Part shown: positions 33,932 to 43,277 of the stretch, piece by piece
Layout of the letters: each line of letters starts with the position of its first letter
Numbering within the stretch: position 1 is the first letter of the stretch
Source of the DNA: Myxococcales bacterium
GTDB lineage: Bacteria; Myxococcota; Myxococcia; Myxococcales; UBA5297
Direction of reading: 5' to 3'
Assembly: GCA_031552145.1 (NCBI GenBank)
Contig: JAVBMV010000007.1
Location: 34,486 to 98,485 of the forward strand
DNA length: 64,000 nucleotides
Position numbers and translations under genes: made by a program
The notes under the pieces: model-generated
Database searches by the model: none
Seen by the model: the letters and a program-made list of their open reading frames with translations, nothing else
What the model was told of the DNA's origin: nothing

Positions 33932-34465
33932 TCAGATGCGGCGCTTGGCCACTACGACCGCGCCGGCGATGGCGACCAGGAGCAGGAGCGAGACCACCTC
34001 GAACGGGAGCAGGTAGTCGACGAAGAGGAGCCTGCCGACGGCCGCGGCCGTGCCGAAGTCGTCGGGGAGCGGCCTCGCGGCGGCGGCGAGCGTGGGGGCG
34101 CCGAAGAGTCCGAAGACCCGCCCCAGCGAGAAGAGGAGCAGCAGCGTGGAGAGCGCCGCGAAGAGCTTGAAGAGCGCGGTCCGCCGCCGCCCGAGCTCCA
34201 TTTCATTGAGCGCGAGCAGCATGATGACGAAGAGGAAGAGCACCATGATGGCGCCCGCGTAGACCAGGATCTGCAGGATGCCGATCAGGTGGCCGGCGAG
34301 CAGCACGAAGATACCGGCCAGGAAGAAGAAGCTGCAGACCAAGGAGAGCGCGCTGTAGAGCGGGCTCCGGGCGATGATCACCGCCGCCGCGCTGCCGAGG
34401 CAGAGCGCGGCCATGGGGTAGAAGAAGAGCTGTTCGGCACCGAGGCCGCCCAATAGTTCAGACAC
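33932..34465 (-). CDS. nuoJ: NADH-quinone oxidoreductase subunit J
   Basis: The GTG at 34465 is preceded by AGGAG and gives VSELLGGLGAEQLFFYPMAALCLGSAAAVIIARSPLYSALSLVCSFFFLAGIFVLLAGHLIGILQILVYAGAIMVLFLFVIMLL... Confidence 0.85.
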   Translation of the reverse strand: MSELLGGLGAEQLFFYPMAALCLGSAAAVIIARSPLYSALSLVCSFFFLAGIFVLLAGHLIGILQILVYAGAIMVLFLFVIMLLALNEMELGRRRTALFKLFAALSTLLLLFSLGRVFGLFGAPTLAAAARPLPDDFGTAAAVGRLLFVDYLLPFEVVSLLLLVAIAGAVVVAKRRI

Positions 34466-34493
34466 CGTTGCTACTCCTCGCGCCCGTGCGCGC

Positions 34494-35816
34494 TCATGCT
34501 GCGGCCTCGTCGGCCAGCGCGCCCCAGGGGGTTGGGAAGGGGCAGGCGTGGCCGTTGATGTGCGCCTCGAACTCGGCGCGGAACTTCGAAAGGAAGGAGT
34601 GGACCGGCATGGCGCCGGCGTCGCCCAGGGCGCAGATGGTGTTGCCAAGCCCCATCGGCGGGAAGGGGCAGATGGCGCTCGCCACGCTCTGGAGCATCGA
34701 GAGGTCGGCGGGGGTCGCGCGCCCCTCCTCGATGAGGCGCAAAAGGCGCGTCATCCAGGGCATCCCCTCGCGGCAGGGCGTGCACTGCCCGCAGCTCTCC
34801 TCCGCATAGAAGCGCGTGATGCGCCATAGGGCGCGCACCAGGCAGGTCGAGTCGTCGAAGACGATGACGCCGCCCGAGCCGGCCATGGAGCCCACCTTCT
34901 TGATCGCCTCGAACTCCGCCGCCACGTCCAGCTCGTCAGCGGTGAGGACGGGGCAGGAGGAGCCACCCGGGATGAGCGCCTTCACCTTGCGCCCGCCTGG
35001 CACACCTCCGGCGATGACCTCGACGATCTCCCGGAAGGTGGTGTCGAGGGTGATCTCGTAGACGCCAGGGCGATTGACCGCGCCCGAGACGCTGATGAGG
35101 CGCGTGCCGCCGGAGCGCTCGGTGCCGAGCTTTGCGTACCACTCGCCCCCTTTCATCACGATGGGTGGGAGCGAGGCGACCGTCTCGACGTTGTTGATGA
35201 TGGTGGGGCAGCCGAAGAGACCGACCACCGCCGGGAAGGGAGGCTTCAGCCTGGGCCACCCCTTGCCTCCCTCGAGCGCGTTGAGCAGCCCCGTCTCCTC
35301 GCCGCAGATGTAGGCGCCGGCGCCGCGGTGCACATGGAGCTCCAGCGTGAAGGTGCTCCCCATCACCGATGGGCCGATGATTCCCGCCGCGCGCGCCTCT
35401 TCGAGGGCCCGCTCCAGCAGCTTCGCCTGCTCGGCGAACTCGCCGCGGATGAAGATATAGGCCGTGTGAGCGCCGATGGCGTGTGCGGCGATGGCCGTCC
35501 CTTCGATGAGCTGATGGGGCGCCCGCTCGATGATGTGGCGATCCTTGAAGGTGCCCGGCTCCGACTCGTCGGCGTTGATGCAGAGATAGCGCGGCTTGCT
35601 CTGGTCCTTGGGCAGAAAACTCCACTTCATGCCCGTGGGGAAGCCGGCGCCGCCGCGCCCGCGCAGGTTGGAGCGCTTCACCTCGTCGACGAGCGCCGCG
35701 GGCTCCATCGAGAGCGCCTTCCTGAGCGCCTCGTACCCTCCCAGCTTTTGGTAGCCGGCGAGCCCCCGGTAGGCGGGGTCGTTCCAGTGTTCTGTCAGGA
35801 CGGTTGCTAGTGGCAT
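34494..35816 (-). CDS. nuoF: NADH-quinone oxidoreductase subunit F (NADH/FMN-binding)
   Basis: ...SNLRGRGGAGFPTGMKWSF..., ...CGEETGLLNALEG... and ...ESCGQCTPCREG... Confidence 0.95.
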   Translation of the reverse strand: MPLATVLTEHWNDPAYRGLAGYQKLGGYEALRKALSMEPAALVDEVKRSNLRGRGGAGFPTGMKWSFLPKDQSKPRYLCINADESEPGTFKDRHIIERAPHQLIEGTAIAAHAIGAHTAYIFIRGEFAEQAKLLERALEEARAAGIIGPSVMGSTFTLELHVHRGAGAYICGEETGLLNALEGGKGWPRLKPPFPAVVGLFGCPTIINNVETVASLPPIVMKGGEWYAKLGTERSGGTRLISVSGAVNRPGVYEITLDTTFREIVEVIAGGVPGGRKVKALIPGGSSCPVLTADELDVAAEFEAIKKVGSMAGSGGVIVFDDSTCLVRALWRITRFYAEESCGQCTPCREGMPWMTRLLRLIEEGRATPADLSMLQSVASAICPFPPMGLGNTICALGDAGAMPVHSFLSKFRAEFEAHINGHACPFPTPWGALADEAAA

Positions 35817-35837
35817 GGTCTCTCTTCCTCGCGCCCT

Positions 35838-36353
35838 CTAGGCCCGCTGGCCCGGCTTGCCCAGCAGCTGCTCGACCAGCGCGTCGAGCTTCGCCGGCGT
35901 GGCGTCTTCCAGATAGCGCCCCTCGTCCACCTGCACGCAGGGCGCCGTGCCGCACGAGGCGAGGCACTCCACCTCGCGGAGCGTGATGGCCTTGTCGCTC
36001 GTCGTCTGGCCGGCGCGGATACCGAGCCGCTTCTCCAGATGCGCGAGGAGCCGCTCCGCTCCGCGCAGCGAGCAAGAGACGTTGGTGCAGAGATCGATGA
36101 AGTGGCGGCCGCACTCCTCGGGATGGAGCATCGTGTAGAAGGTGGCCACCTCGGCGGCCGCGGCGGGCTCGACGCCCAAGCGGTCCGCCACGAAGGCCAT
36201 CGCCTCGGGCGTGAGTCGCCCCAGCCGCTCTTGGCAGAGCCGAAGCGCCGGGATCATCGCCGCGCGCCGATGCTCGGCGGGGTATTTGGGAAGCAGCGCC
36301 TCCAGCTCGCGATCGAGCTCGGCCTGCCAGCTGGCGGAGGATGGGCCTGCCAT
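35838..36353 (-). CDS. nuoE: NADH-quinone oxidoreductase subunit E ([2Fe-2S] thioredoxin-like)
   Basis: The ATG at 36353 gives MAGPSSASWQAELDRELEALLPKYPAEHRRAAMIPALRLCQE.... Also ...CTNVSCSLRGAE... and ...ECLASCGTAPCVQVD.... Confidence 0.9.
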   Translation of the reverse strand: MAGPSSASWQAELDRELEALLPKYPAEHRRAAMIPALRLCQERLGRLTPEAMAFVADRLGVEPAAAAEVATFYTMLHPEECGRHFIDLCTNVSCSLRGAERLLAHLEKRLGIRAGQTTSDKAITLREVECLASCGTAPCVQVDEGRYLEDATPAKLDALVEQLLGKPGQRA

Positions 36354-36531
36354 CGAGGGTCCTTTCGCGCGCGTCTGCGCGCAGAGCCCGGCGGGGCGCC
36401 TGGCCGCGCATCGGGCAACGCCTTGAGACAATTCGAGAAACCTTATGGTGGCGCCACGCTAGGGGTGGCCAGAGGGGGATGTCAAGGAGCGGAAGGGCCA
36501 GAACTACATCTTGTGACTTGAGCCAACGGTT

Positions 36532-38328
36532 ATGGCGATTCCCATTACGGCCGCCTCGCGTCCTTGCTTCTTGGTGAGGCAGGTGCAGAATCGGCTGTCG
36601 ATACAATCCGCTCCACAGAAAGAGGAAGAGGCCGTGACTCTCGCTTCCCTAATCTCGGATGGGGAGACACTCACCGTCGAGTTCAAGAGCGACGTCAATG
36701 ATACGGAGCTGGTCGAGACCGTCGTCTGCCTTGCCAACGGCGGTGGCGGCACGTTGCTCGTGGGTGTGCATGACGATGGGCGCGTCGTAGGGGTGCGACC
36801 TCGCCACGGCAAAACAACCGATCCGCGGCGAGTCGAAGCGCTCGTGTCCAACTCCACACGTCCCTCCCTCGCGGTCCGGGCCGAGATCGAACAGCACGAG
36901 GAGCACCTGATACTCGTGGTGCGTGTACCAAGGTCCTGCATCCCAGCTGCCACATCCACCGGCCGCTATCTGCGCCGTACATTGGGCGGAGATGGCAAGC
37001 CTGCTTGTGTCCCGTTCTTCATCTACGAGACGGGGCACGTCCTCGCCCAGGACCCTTCTGCGGCGGTCGTTCCGGGCGCGACATGGAAGGATCTCGATCC
37101 CATTGAGATCGAGCGCTTTCGGCGCCTCGCCCGCGAAGGCGGTGGTCGTGGAGATGCTTCGCTGCTCCACCTCTCGGACGAGGAGCTATGCCGTGCGCTC
37201 GGAGGCGTCGAGCCACGACCCGATGGAGCGCCCGGCATTCGTCGTGTGGCGCTCCTCCTGTTCGGTCGCGAAGAGTCACTCAGGACACTTCTGCCCACCC
37301 ATGAAGTCGCGTGGCAGGTCTTGGAGAGACACGCCGTCCTCGAAAACGAGATCTACCGCCTGCCGCTCCTGCGCTGCTTCGAGTTGCTCATCGAGAAATT
37401 TCGTGCCCACAATCGCTCGTCGGAGCTCGTCGATCTCTTCCGCACTGAAGTGCCCGACTTCTCCGAGGAGTCGTTCCGTGAGGCGCTCGCCAACGCGCTC
37501 ACCCATCGCGACTACACCGCTCTCGGCGCAGTGCATACTCAGTGGAGCGACGAGGGTATCGTTCTCTCGAGCCCCGGTGCTCTCCCCGAGGGTGTCCGCG
37601 TCGACAACCTGCTCTCGACTCCACCAAGGCCGCGCAACCCGACGCTGGCCGATGCCTTCAAGCGCGCGGGCATCGTCGAGCGTACTGGCCGCGGTGTCGA
37701 CACCATCTACTACGGTCAACTCCGCTACGGTCGTCCGCTGCCCCGCTATGATGTTACGAGCGCTTCGGTCTCGGTCACCTTACCCGGAAGCTCGGCCAAC
37801 CTCGCGTTCGTACGTTGGCTCGTCAGCGAAGGCCGTGCGGGACGGAACTGGCCGCTGCCCGATCTCCTCTCCTTGCGTGCGATCGCGGAGGCACGCAGCC
37901 TGAACGCCGAGGCCACCGCCGTCGTACTCCAAACCGATACCGATCGCGCTCGCAGTGTCCTTGCGCGGCTGGTCGATGCCGGCATCGTCGAAGCGCGCGG
38001 CGCGGGACGCGGTCGCGCATACCACCTGTCGGCGGCCATGTATCGGGTGCTCGATGATCGCGCGGGCTATGTCCGCGTTCGCGGCTTCGAGCCTGCGCAG
38101 CAGGAGCAGATGGTCCTCCAATACGCCCAAGAGCACGGTCAGATAACGCGACGGGAGGCAACCGAGCTGTGCAAGCTCTCGGCCGATCAGGCGAGTCGAC
38201 TGCTTCGACGCCTCGCGAGCGAGCACTCCGAATTACACCTCGAAGGTGAACGACGTGGTGCACGCTATGTCTGGCATGGCCCTCGACGAACTCCACGGAG
38301 AGCTACTCCGGGGAGGGGGAAGAAATAG
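36532..38328 (+). CDS. AlbA_2 (Schlafen-like) / HATPase_c_4 / C-terminal wHTH protein ('RecG-like' putative regulator); an alternative GTG start at 36634 has a better RBS
   Basis: ...LISDGETLTVEFKSDVNDTELVETVVCLANGGGGTLLVGVHDDGRVVGV... (AlbA_2), ...REALANALTHRDY... and ...RTGRGVDTIY... (HATPase_c_4-like). Confidence 0.75.
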   Translation: MAIPITAASRPCFLVRQVQNRLSIQSAPQKEEEAVTLASLISDGETLTVEFKSDVNDTELVETVVCLANGGGGTLLVGVHDDGRVVGVRPRHGKTTDPRRVEALVSNSTRPSLAVRAEIEQHEEHLILVVRVPRSCIPAATSTGRYLRRTLGGDGKPACVPFFIYETGHVLAQDPSAAVVPGATWKDLDPIEIERFRRLAREGGGRGDASLLHLSDEELCRALGGVEPRPDGAPGIRRVALLLFGREESLRTLLPTHEVAWQVLERHAVLENEIYRLPLLRCFELLIEKFRAHNRSSELVDLFRTEVPDFSEESFREALANALTHRDYTALGAVHTQWSDEGIVLSSPGALPEGVRVDNLLSTPPRPRNPTLADAFKRAGIVERTGRGVDTIYYGQLRYGRPLPRYDVTSASVSVTLPGSSANLAFVRWLVSEGRAGRNWPLPDLLSLRAIAEARSLNAEATAVVLQTDTDRARSVLARLVDAGIVEARGAGRGRAYHLSAAMYRVLDDRAGYVRVRGFEPAQQEQMVLQYAQEHGQITRREATELCKLSADQASRLLRRLASEHSELHLEGERRGARYVWHGPRRTPRRATPGRGKK

Positions 38329-38332
38329 GCGC

Positions 38333-38388
38333 AAATGCGCGGGTTATGCGCGCGCGCATATCGAAATGCGCGACTTATGCGCGCGCAT
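38333..38388. repeat. Tandem ~31-bp unit, each copy containing AAATGCGCG plus a perfect ATG(CG)nCAT palindrome
   Basis: AAATGCGCG-GGTT-ATGCGCGCGCGCAT-ATCG-AAATGCGCG-ACTT-ATGCGCGCGCAT. The palindromes lie at 38346-38359 (14 bp) and 38377-38388 (12 bp). Confidence 0.8.
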
Positions 38389-38586
38389 CTCCTCTCCTCG
38401 CACTCGGCATGAGCCATCTGGTCGGTCGGAAAGAGAGGGCGCTCCTCCCGGCGTACGTGGAGGGACATCCCCTCCAGTCCAGGCGCTGAACTGGAGGCGC
38501 CCGCGGCGCTGGGCTATCCTCGCGGCAATTATTTTCGCTGCTTTCACGCCCGCCACCCATGGCCGGGCATTTACGGAGGGTCGTCC

Positions 38587-39171
38587 ATGACCACCTTGAT
38601 CGTCATCGGAGCGCTGCTTGTCGTCCTCATTCTCTGGGCCGTCGCCGTCTACAACGGGCTGGTCCGCTCGAGGAATGGCTACAAGAACGCCTTCGCGCAG
38701 ATCGACGTGCAGCTGACGCGCCGCCACGACCTCATCCCCAACTTGGTCGAGGTGGCGAAGCGCTACCTGGCGCACGAGCGAGACACGCTGGAGGCCGTCA
38801 TCGCGGCCCGCGCGGCGGCGGTGAGCGGCCTGAACGCGGCGCGCGCCAACCCGGGCGGCGTCTCGGCCATGGCGCAGATGGGACAGGCCGAGACGGGTCT
38901 CAATGGCGCCCTCGCCCGCTTGATGGCGGTGAGCGAGGCCTACCCCGAGCTGAAGGGAAATCAGAACATGACGCAGCTCTCGGAGGAGCTCACCTCCACC
39001 GAGAACCGCGTCGCCTTCGCGCGCCAGGCCTTCAACGACGCCGTCTACACCTACAACAACCGGCGCGAGGTCTTCCCCACCAACATCATCGCGGGGATCT
39101 TCGCCTTCCTGCCGGCGGCCCTCTTCGAGGCGCCGCAGGCGGAGCGCGCGGCGGTAAAGGTCGCGTTCTAA
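38587..39171 (+). CDS. lemA: LemA-family membrane protein
   Basis: MTTLIVIGALLVVLILWAVAVYNGLVRSRNGYKNAFAQIDVQLTRRHDLIPNLVEVAKRY...ENRVAFARQAFNDAVYTYN... Confidence 0.9.
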   Translation: MTTLIVIGALLVVLILWAVAVYNGLVRSRNGYKNAFAQIDVQLTRRHDLIPNLVEVAKRYLAHERDTLEAVIAARAAAVSGLNAARANPGGVSAMAQMGQAETGLNGALARLMAVSEAYPELKGNQNMTQLSEELTSTENRVAFARQAFNDAVYTYNNRREVFPTNIIAGIFAFLPAALFEAPQAERAAVKVAF

Positions 39172-39190
39172 GCGAAGCGAGGGGAAGGGT

Positions 39191-41023
39191 ATGAGCGTCT
39201 TCGAACGCCAAGAGCGGGTCCAACGGCGCAGCGCGCTCTTCATCGCGCTCTTCGCCTGCGGCGTCGCCGGGGTCGTGGCGGCGCTCAACTTCCTCACCTT
39301 TCTCGCGCTCAAGGTCTTCGCGCCCGAGCTGCTCCAGACGAGGGGCTGGCTCGTCATCAGCTCCCTCGCCGCGCTGGCGATCATCTGCGGCGCGGCGCTC
39401 TGGCGCTTCTATTCGCTCCGAGGGGGGGGCTCCGCCATCGCGAAGCTGGCGGGGGGCACCCACATCAAGGATTGCCGCCCGTCAGCGGAGCTGACGCGCT
39501 ACCGAAACGTGGTGGAGGAGACGGCCATCGCCGCCGGCCTCCCAAGGCCGGCCATCTTCGTGCTCGAGAACGAAGGGGGTATCAACGCCTTCGCCGCCGG
39601 CTTCTCGCCGAGGAACGCCGCCATCGCCGTTACCCAGGGAGCGCTCGACACCTTCACCCGCGACGAGCTGCAGGCGGTGGTGGCGCACGAGTTCAGCCAC
39701 ATCCGCAACGGCGACATGGCGCTCAACGCGCGGCTCATCGGCTTCCTCTTCGGCATCTCGATCTTTCAGAAGGCGGGCGGCGCCCTCGTCTATGCGGCGG
39801 TGACCAAGCAGACGCTCTTCGGGGATCGCCAGCAGCGCCGGATTACGGTACCGAATATCCACATCTTCATCGGCGCGGCCCTGCTCTATCTGGTCGGCTC
39901 GCTGGGCGCCTTCTTCGCCAGTCTGATCCAGGCGGCCCACTGCAGGCAGCGCGAGCTTCTCGCCGACGCCTCGGCGGTGCAGTTCACGCGTAACCCCGAG
40001 GCGATGGTGAGCGCGCTGGCCGTCATCTCGACCCGGGCCTCGGGCTCGGCGCTCGCCCCGATGGCGGGCGCACAGATCAGCCACCTGCTCTTCGCGCAGG
40101 GCGCGCTCTTCTCCCTCTTCGATACCCACCCGCCCATCCTCGAGCGGATCCTGTCGCTCGATCCCAAGATGACCGAGGAGCGGCTCGAGGCGCTGACCCA
40201 TAACTTCCGCCCCAAGGCCCAGGTCCAGAGGGAGCAGCCCGCCGGGGCGGCCGCGCCCTCCGCGGCCGCGCAGAAGGGCGCGCTCAAGGCGATCCCACCC
40301 GCGCTGATGGCCGCGGCCGCGAAGCCGGAGCAGGCACTGCCCATCTGCCTCTCCCTCTTCTTCTCTGGGCAGGATGAGGTCGCCATCCAACAGCGCGAGC
40401 TGGTGGCGCAGCAGCTAGGCGGTGACGTGGCGCAGCACGCCGCGCTGCTGGCGCAGGAGATGCGGCTCCTTCCGGCCCACCTGCGGCTGCCCGTGGCGGC
40501 GCGCACCAAGAAAGGGCTGCGCACCCTTCCGCCCAAGGAGGCGCACCTCTTCGTCGGATTGCTCCAGCAGTTAGTATGGGCCGACGGCACGGTGGAACCG
40601 CACGAGTTCTATATGGCCACGCTGATGCACCGACAGGTCTGCCTGGCGCTGCAGCCCGAGCTGTCGCAGCGGCGGCGCGAGCAGAGCGCCTCTGACCTGG
40701 CGCCGCACCTCGCTACCCTCTTCTCGCAGCTCGCCTCGATGGGCGAGTCGGCGCGCGTGACGCCGGAGCAGGCCTGGCGGCGGGGGATGGCGCTCGCGGC
40801 GCCGGGCGTCGAGGGCTCCTACCAGCCCCCTCGAGATGGCCTCTTCGCGCTGGGTGAGGTCTTTAAGGCGCTCGACTCGCTCGCCGTCGGCTATCAGCGC
40901 GCGCTCATTGAAGGGATGGCGGCGACGGCGCTCGTCGAGGCGCGCGCGACCCAGGAGCAGATCGACCTCGTCCGGACGGTCTGCATGTTGCTCGAGCAGC
41001 GGCCGCCGCTCGTATTCTCATGA
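39191..41023 (+). CDS. M48-family (HtpX-like) zinc metalloprotease with a ~280-aa C-terminal extension
   Basis: It has N-terminal TM segments and the HEXXH motif in ...LQAVVAHEFSHIRNGDM.... It is adjacent to lemA, which is a common pairing. Confidence 0.85.
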   Translation: MSVFERQERVQRRSALFIALFACGVAGVVAALNFLTFLALKVFAPELLQTRGWLVISSLAALAIICGAALWRFYSLRGGGSAIAKLAGGTHIKDCRPSAELTRYRNVVEETAIAAGLPRPAIFVLENEGGINAFAAGFSPRNAAIAVTQGALDTFTRDELQAVVAHEFSHIRNGDMALNARLIGFLFGISIFQKAGGALVYAAVTKQTLFGDRQQRRITVPNIHIFIGAALLYLVGSLGAFFASLIQAAHCRQRELLADASAVQFTRNPEAMVSALAVISTRASGSALAPMAGAQISHLLFAQGALFSLFDTHPPILERILSLDPKMTEERLEALTHNFRPKAQVQREQPAGAAAPSAAAQKGALKAIPPALMAAAAKPEQALPICLSLFFSGQDEVAIQQRELVAQQLGGDVAQHAALLAQEMRLLPAHLRLPVAARTKKGLRTLPPKEAHLFVGLLQQLVWADGTVEPHEFYMATLMHRQVCLALQPELSQRRREQSASDLAPHLATLFSQLASMGESARVTPEQAWRRGMALAAPGVEGSYQPPRDGLFALGEVFKALDSLAVGYQRALIEGMAATALVEARATQEQIDLVRTVCMLLEQRPPLVFS

Positions 41024-41074
41024 AACATGCCCGGGGCTGGCGCACCCCGGGCCTCGACCCGGAGGGTCCTTGAC

Positions 41075-43198
41075 ATGAGCGACACTCTCTTTCGATGGAC
41101 TGGCGAGTTCGCCTCTCCCGAACGAGAGCGCGCCTTCCTGGACTTCGACTGGCCCAAGACGGCGATGATGCTGCGCCGAATGGCGGCCATCGCCACGGGC
41201 GTCGTCACCTTCATCTGGATCTCCGTCTCGCTCTACAACGGCGTGCGGTGGGGCTCGGCTCCCTTCTGGCTGGGGACCCTGGCCATCTTGCTCGTCGTCA
41301 ACGCGCTCTCGCGGCGCGCGGCGAGCCCCGCGCTCCTGCCCTGGGTCATCATGGCCCTGGAGCTGTGCACCATCGCCATGCTGACGGTCGATTTCTATCT
41401 GGCCTCGGAGCTGCCCGACTATCGAAGCCCTCCCGTTCAGCTCGGCCTCTATTGGGTGCTCTTCCTCACCTTCTTGCCGGGACGGCTCACGCTCTCGATC
41501 GGCGCCTGTCTGGCCACCTTTGCGTTCGACATCGCGTGGGAGCTCTCGAGGCCGGCGCCGAACCATCATTGGCTCCTCGATTTCTCCTTCGTCGGCGTGC
41601 TGGTGGTCGCCTTCAGCATCAGCTACCTGCGCGTGGTCAACCGCAACAAGCGGCGCGACTATCTCAACCAGGTCGCGCTGGAGCGGGCGCGCGTCGAGGC
41701 CGAGGCGGCCAACAGCGCCAAGAGCCGCTTCCTCGCGACGATGAGCCACGAGATGCGGACGCCGCTCGCTGGCGCCATGAGCGGCATGGAGCTGATGCGC
41801 GTCGAGCGCAGCCCGATTCGCCGAGAGCACCTGCAGAGCCAGGTCCAGGCCTGCCACGCGCGGCTGAAGCGCTCGATCGAGGATGTCCTGGACATCGCCA
41901 GCGTCGAGGCCGGCAAGCTCCACCTTCTCCCCGTGGCGGTCGACCTGCGCGCGCTCCTCGAGCATGTACGCTGGTTGCTGGCCGACAGCGCCCGGGCGCG
42001 CAGCCTCGCCTTCGAGCTGACGCTCGGCGACGGGCTTCCTGACTGGGTCCAGGTCGATCCCGATCGCCTCCAGCAAGTCCTCTTGAACCTGGGTGGCAAC
42101 GCGGTGAAGTACACCGACCGGGGAAGCGTCACGCTCGCGGTGGAGGCGGCGCCCGCGGGCGAAGGGCGCGTCGCCTGCGGCTTCCGCTTCCGTGACACGG
42201 GGATCGGCATCGCGCCCGAGGTGAGCGCGCGGATCTTCGAGCCCTTCTTCCAGGTCGACGACACGCTCCGAGGGCGGCGGGGAGGGATCGGCATCGGCCT
42301 CTCCCTCTGCAAGGAGATCGCCCGCGTCATGGGAGGAACGCTGACGCTCGAGAGCGCGGCCGGCGAGGGGACGCAGGTGACGCTCGAGCTCACGCTCCCC
42401 ATCGCGCAGGAGCCGGTCGCCGAGAGCGATCTCGAGAGCCACAAGCCGCTCCCCTCCCCCATCCTCCTCGTCGACGACAACGAGGTGACGCTCGCGACGA
42501 CGCGCGCCATCCTCGAGCGCCACAGCGTCGGGGTGATCGCCGCGGCCTCGGGCGAGGCGGCCCTTCGGTCGCTCACGGGGGGGATGCGCCCCGTGCTGGC
42601 ACTGATGGATCTGCACCTCCCCGACACCGACGGCGTCGTGTTGACGCGCCAGCTCCACGCGCTTCAAGGCTACGAGACGCTCCCCGTGCTGGCCTTCACG
42701 GCCGACGCCACCTCCGAGCAGGTGGCGCAGTGCCGCGAGGCGGGGATGCGCGGCTTCCTGGTGAAGCCCGTGGGGACGGCGAGCCTCCTGCGCGCGCTCC
42801 GCCAGGTGGGGAAGGGCGTCCCGTGGATCGAGCAGCTGCGCGAGAGCCCAACGGCGCTCACCTACTCGGCGATCGATCCCGAGCGGCTCTGCGAGATCGC
42901 CGCGACGATGAGCGCGAACGAGATGGCGCGCCTCTTCCAGATGCTGCGCACCTCGGTGGAGAAGCTCCTCTTAGACCTCGAGGGGTACGCGGCGCGCGGG
43001 GACGAGGCGGCGCTCTCGAAGGCGGCGCACACCCTCAAGGGCGTGGCGGCGACCGGCGGCATGACGCGGATGAACCTCCTGGCCGCCGAGCTGGAGCGTC
43101 CCGCCGAGGAGCATCGCCTCGCGCTGCTCGCCGAGGCGCGCGAGGTAGCGACCGCCTCCTTTGCGGAGCTCGAGAAGCATCAGGGGCAGGTGGCGTAG
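41075..43198 (+). CDS. Hybrid sensor histidine kinase / response regulator with a C-terminal HPt domain
   Basis: The ATG at 41075 follows GGAGGG. It has a membrane N-terminus. The H-box is ...SRFLATMSHEMRTPLAG.... The G-boxes are ...FRDTGIGI... and ...GGIGIGLSLCKE.... The receiver is ...ILLVDDNEV...LALMDLHLPDTDG.... The HPt domain is ...AHTLKGVAATGGM.... Confidence 0.9.
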   Translation: MSDTLFRWTGEFASPERERAFLDFDWPKTAMMLRRMAAIATGVVTFIWISVSLYNGVRWGSAPFWLGTLAILLVVNALSRRAASPALLPWVIMALELCTIAMLTVDFYLASELPDYRSPPVQLGLYWVLFLTFLPGRLTLSIGACLATFAFDIAWELSRPAPNHHWLLDFSFVGVLVVAFSISYLRVVNRNKRRDYLNQVALERARVEAEAANSAKSRFLATMSHEMRTPLAGAMSGMELMRVERSPIRREHLQSQVQACHARLKRSIEDVLDIASVEAGKLHLLPVAVDLRALLEHVRWLLADSARARSLAFELTLGDGLPDWVQVDPDRLQQVLLNLGGNAVKYTDRGSVTLAVEAAPAGEGRVACGFRFRDTGIGIAPEVSARIFEPFFQVDDTLRGRRGGIGIGLSLCKEIARVMGGTLTLESAAGEGTQVTLELTLPIAQEPVAESDLESHKPLPSPILLVDDNEVTLATTRAILERHSVGVIAAASGEAALRSLTGGMRPVLALMDLHLPDTDGVVLTRQLHALQGYETLPVLAFTADATSEQVAQCREAGMRGFLVKPVGTASLLRALRQVGKGVPWIEQLRESPTALTYSAIDPERLCEIAATMSANEMARLFQMLRTSVEKLLLDLEGYAARGDEAALSKAAHTLKGVAATGGMTRMNLLAAELERPAEEHRLALLAEAREVATASFAELEKHQGQVA

Positions 43199-43277
43199 GG
43201 CGTGGGAGAGGTGCGGGGACTTAGGGACTCGCGCTGAAGGCGTGCGGCGTCAGACCCATCTGCTCTACTCTCCCTCC

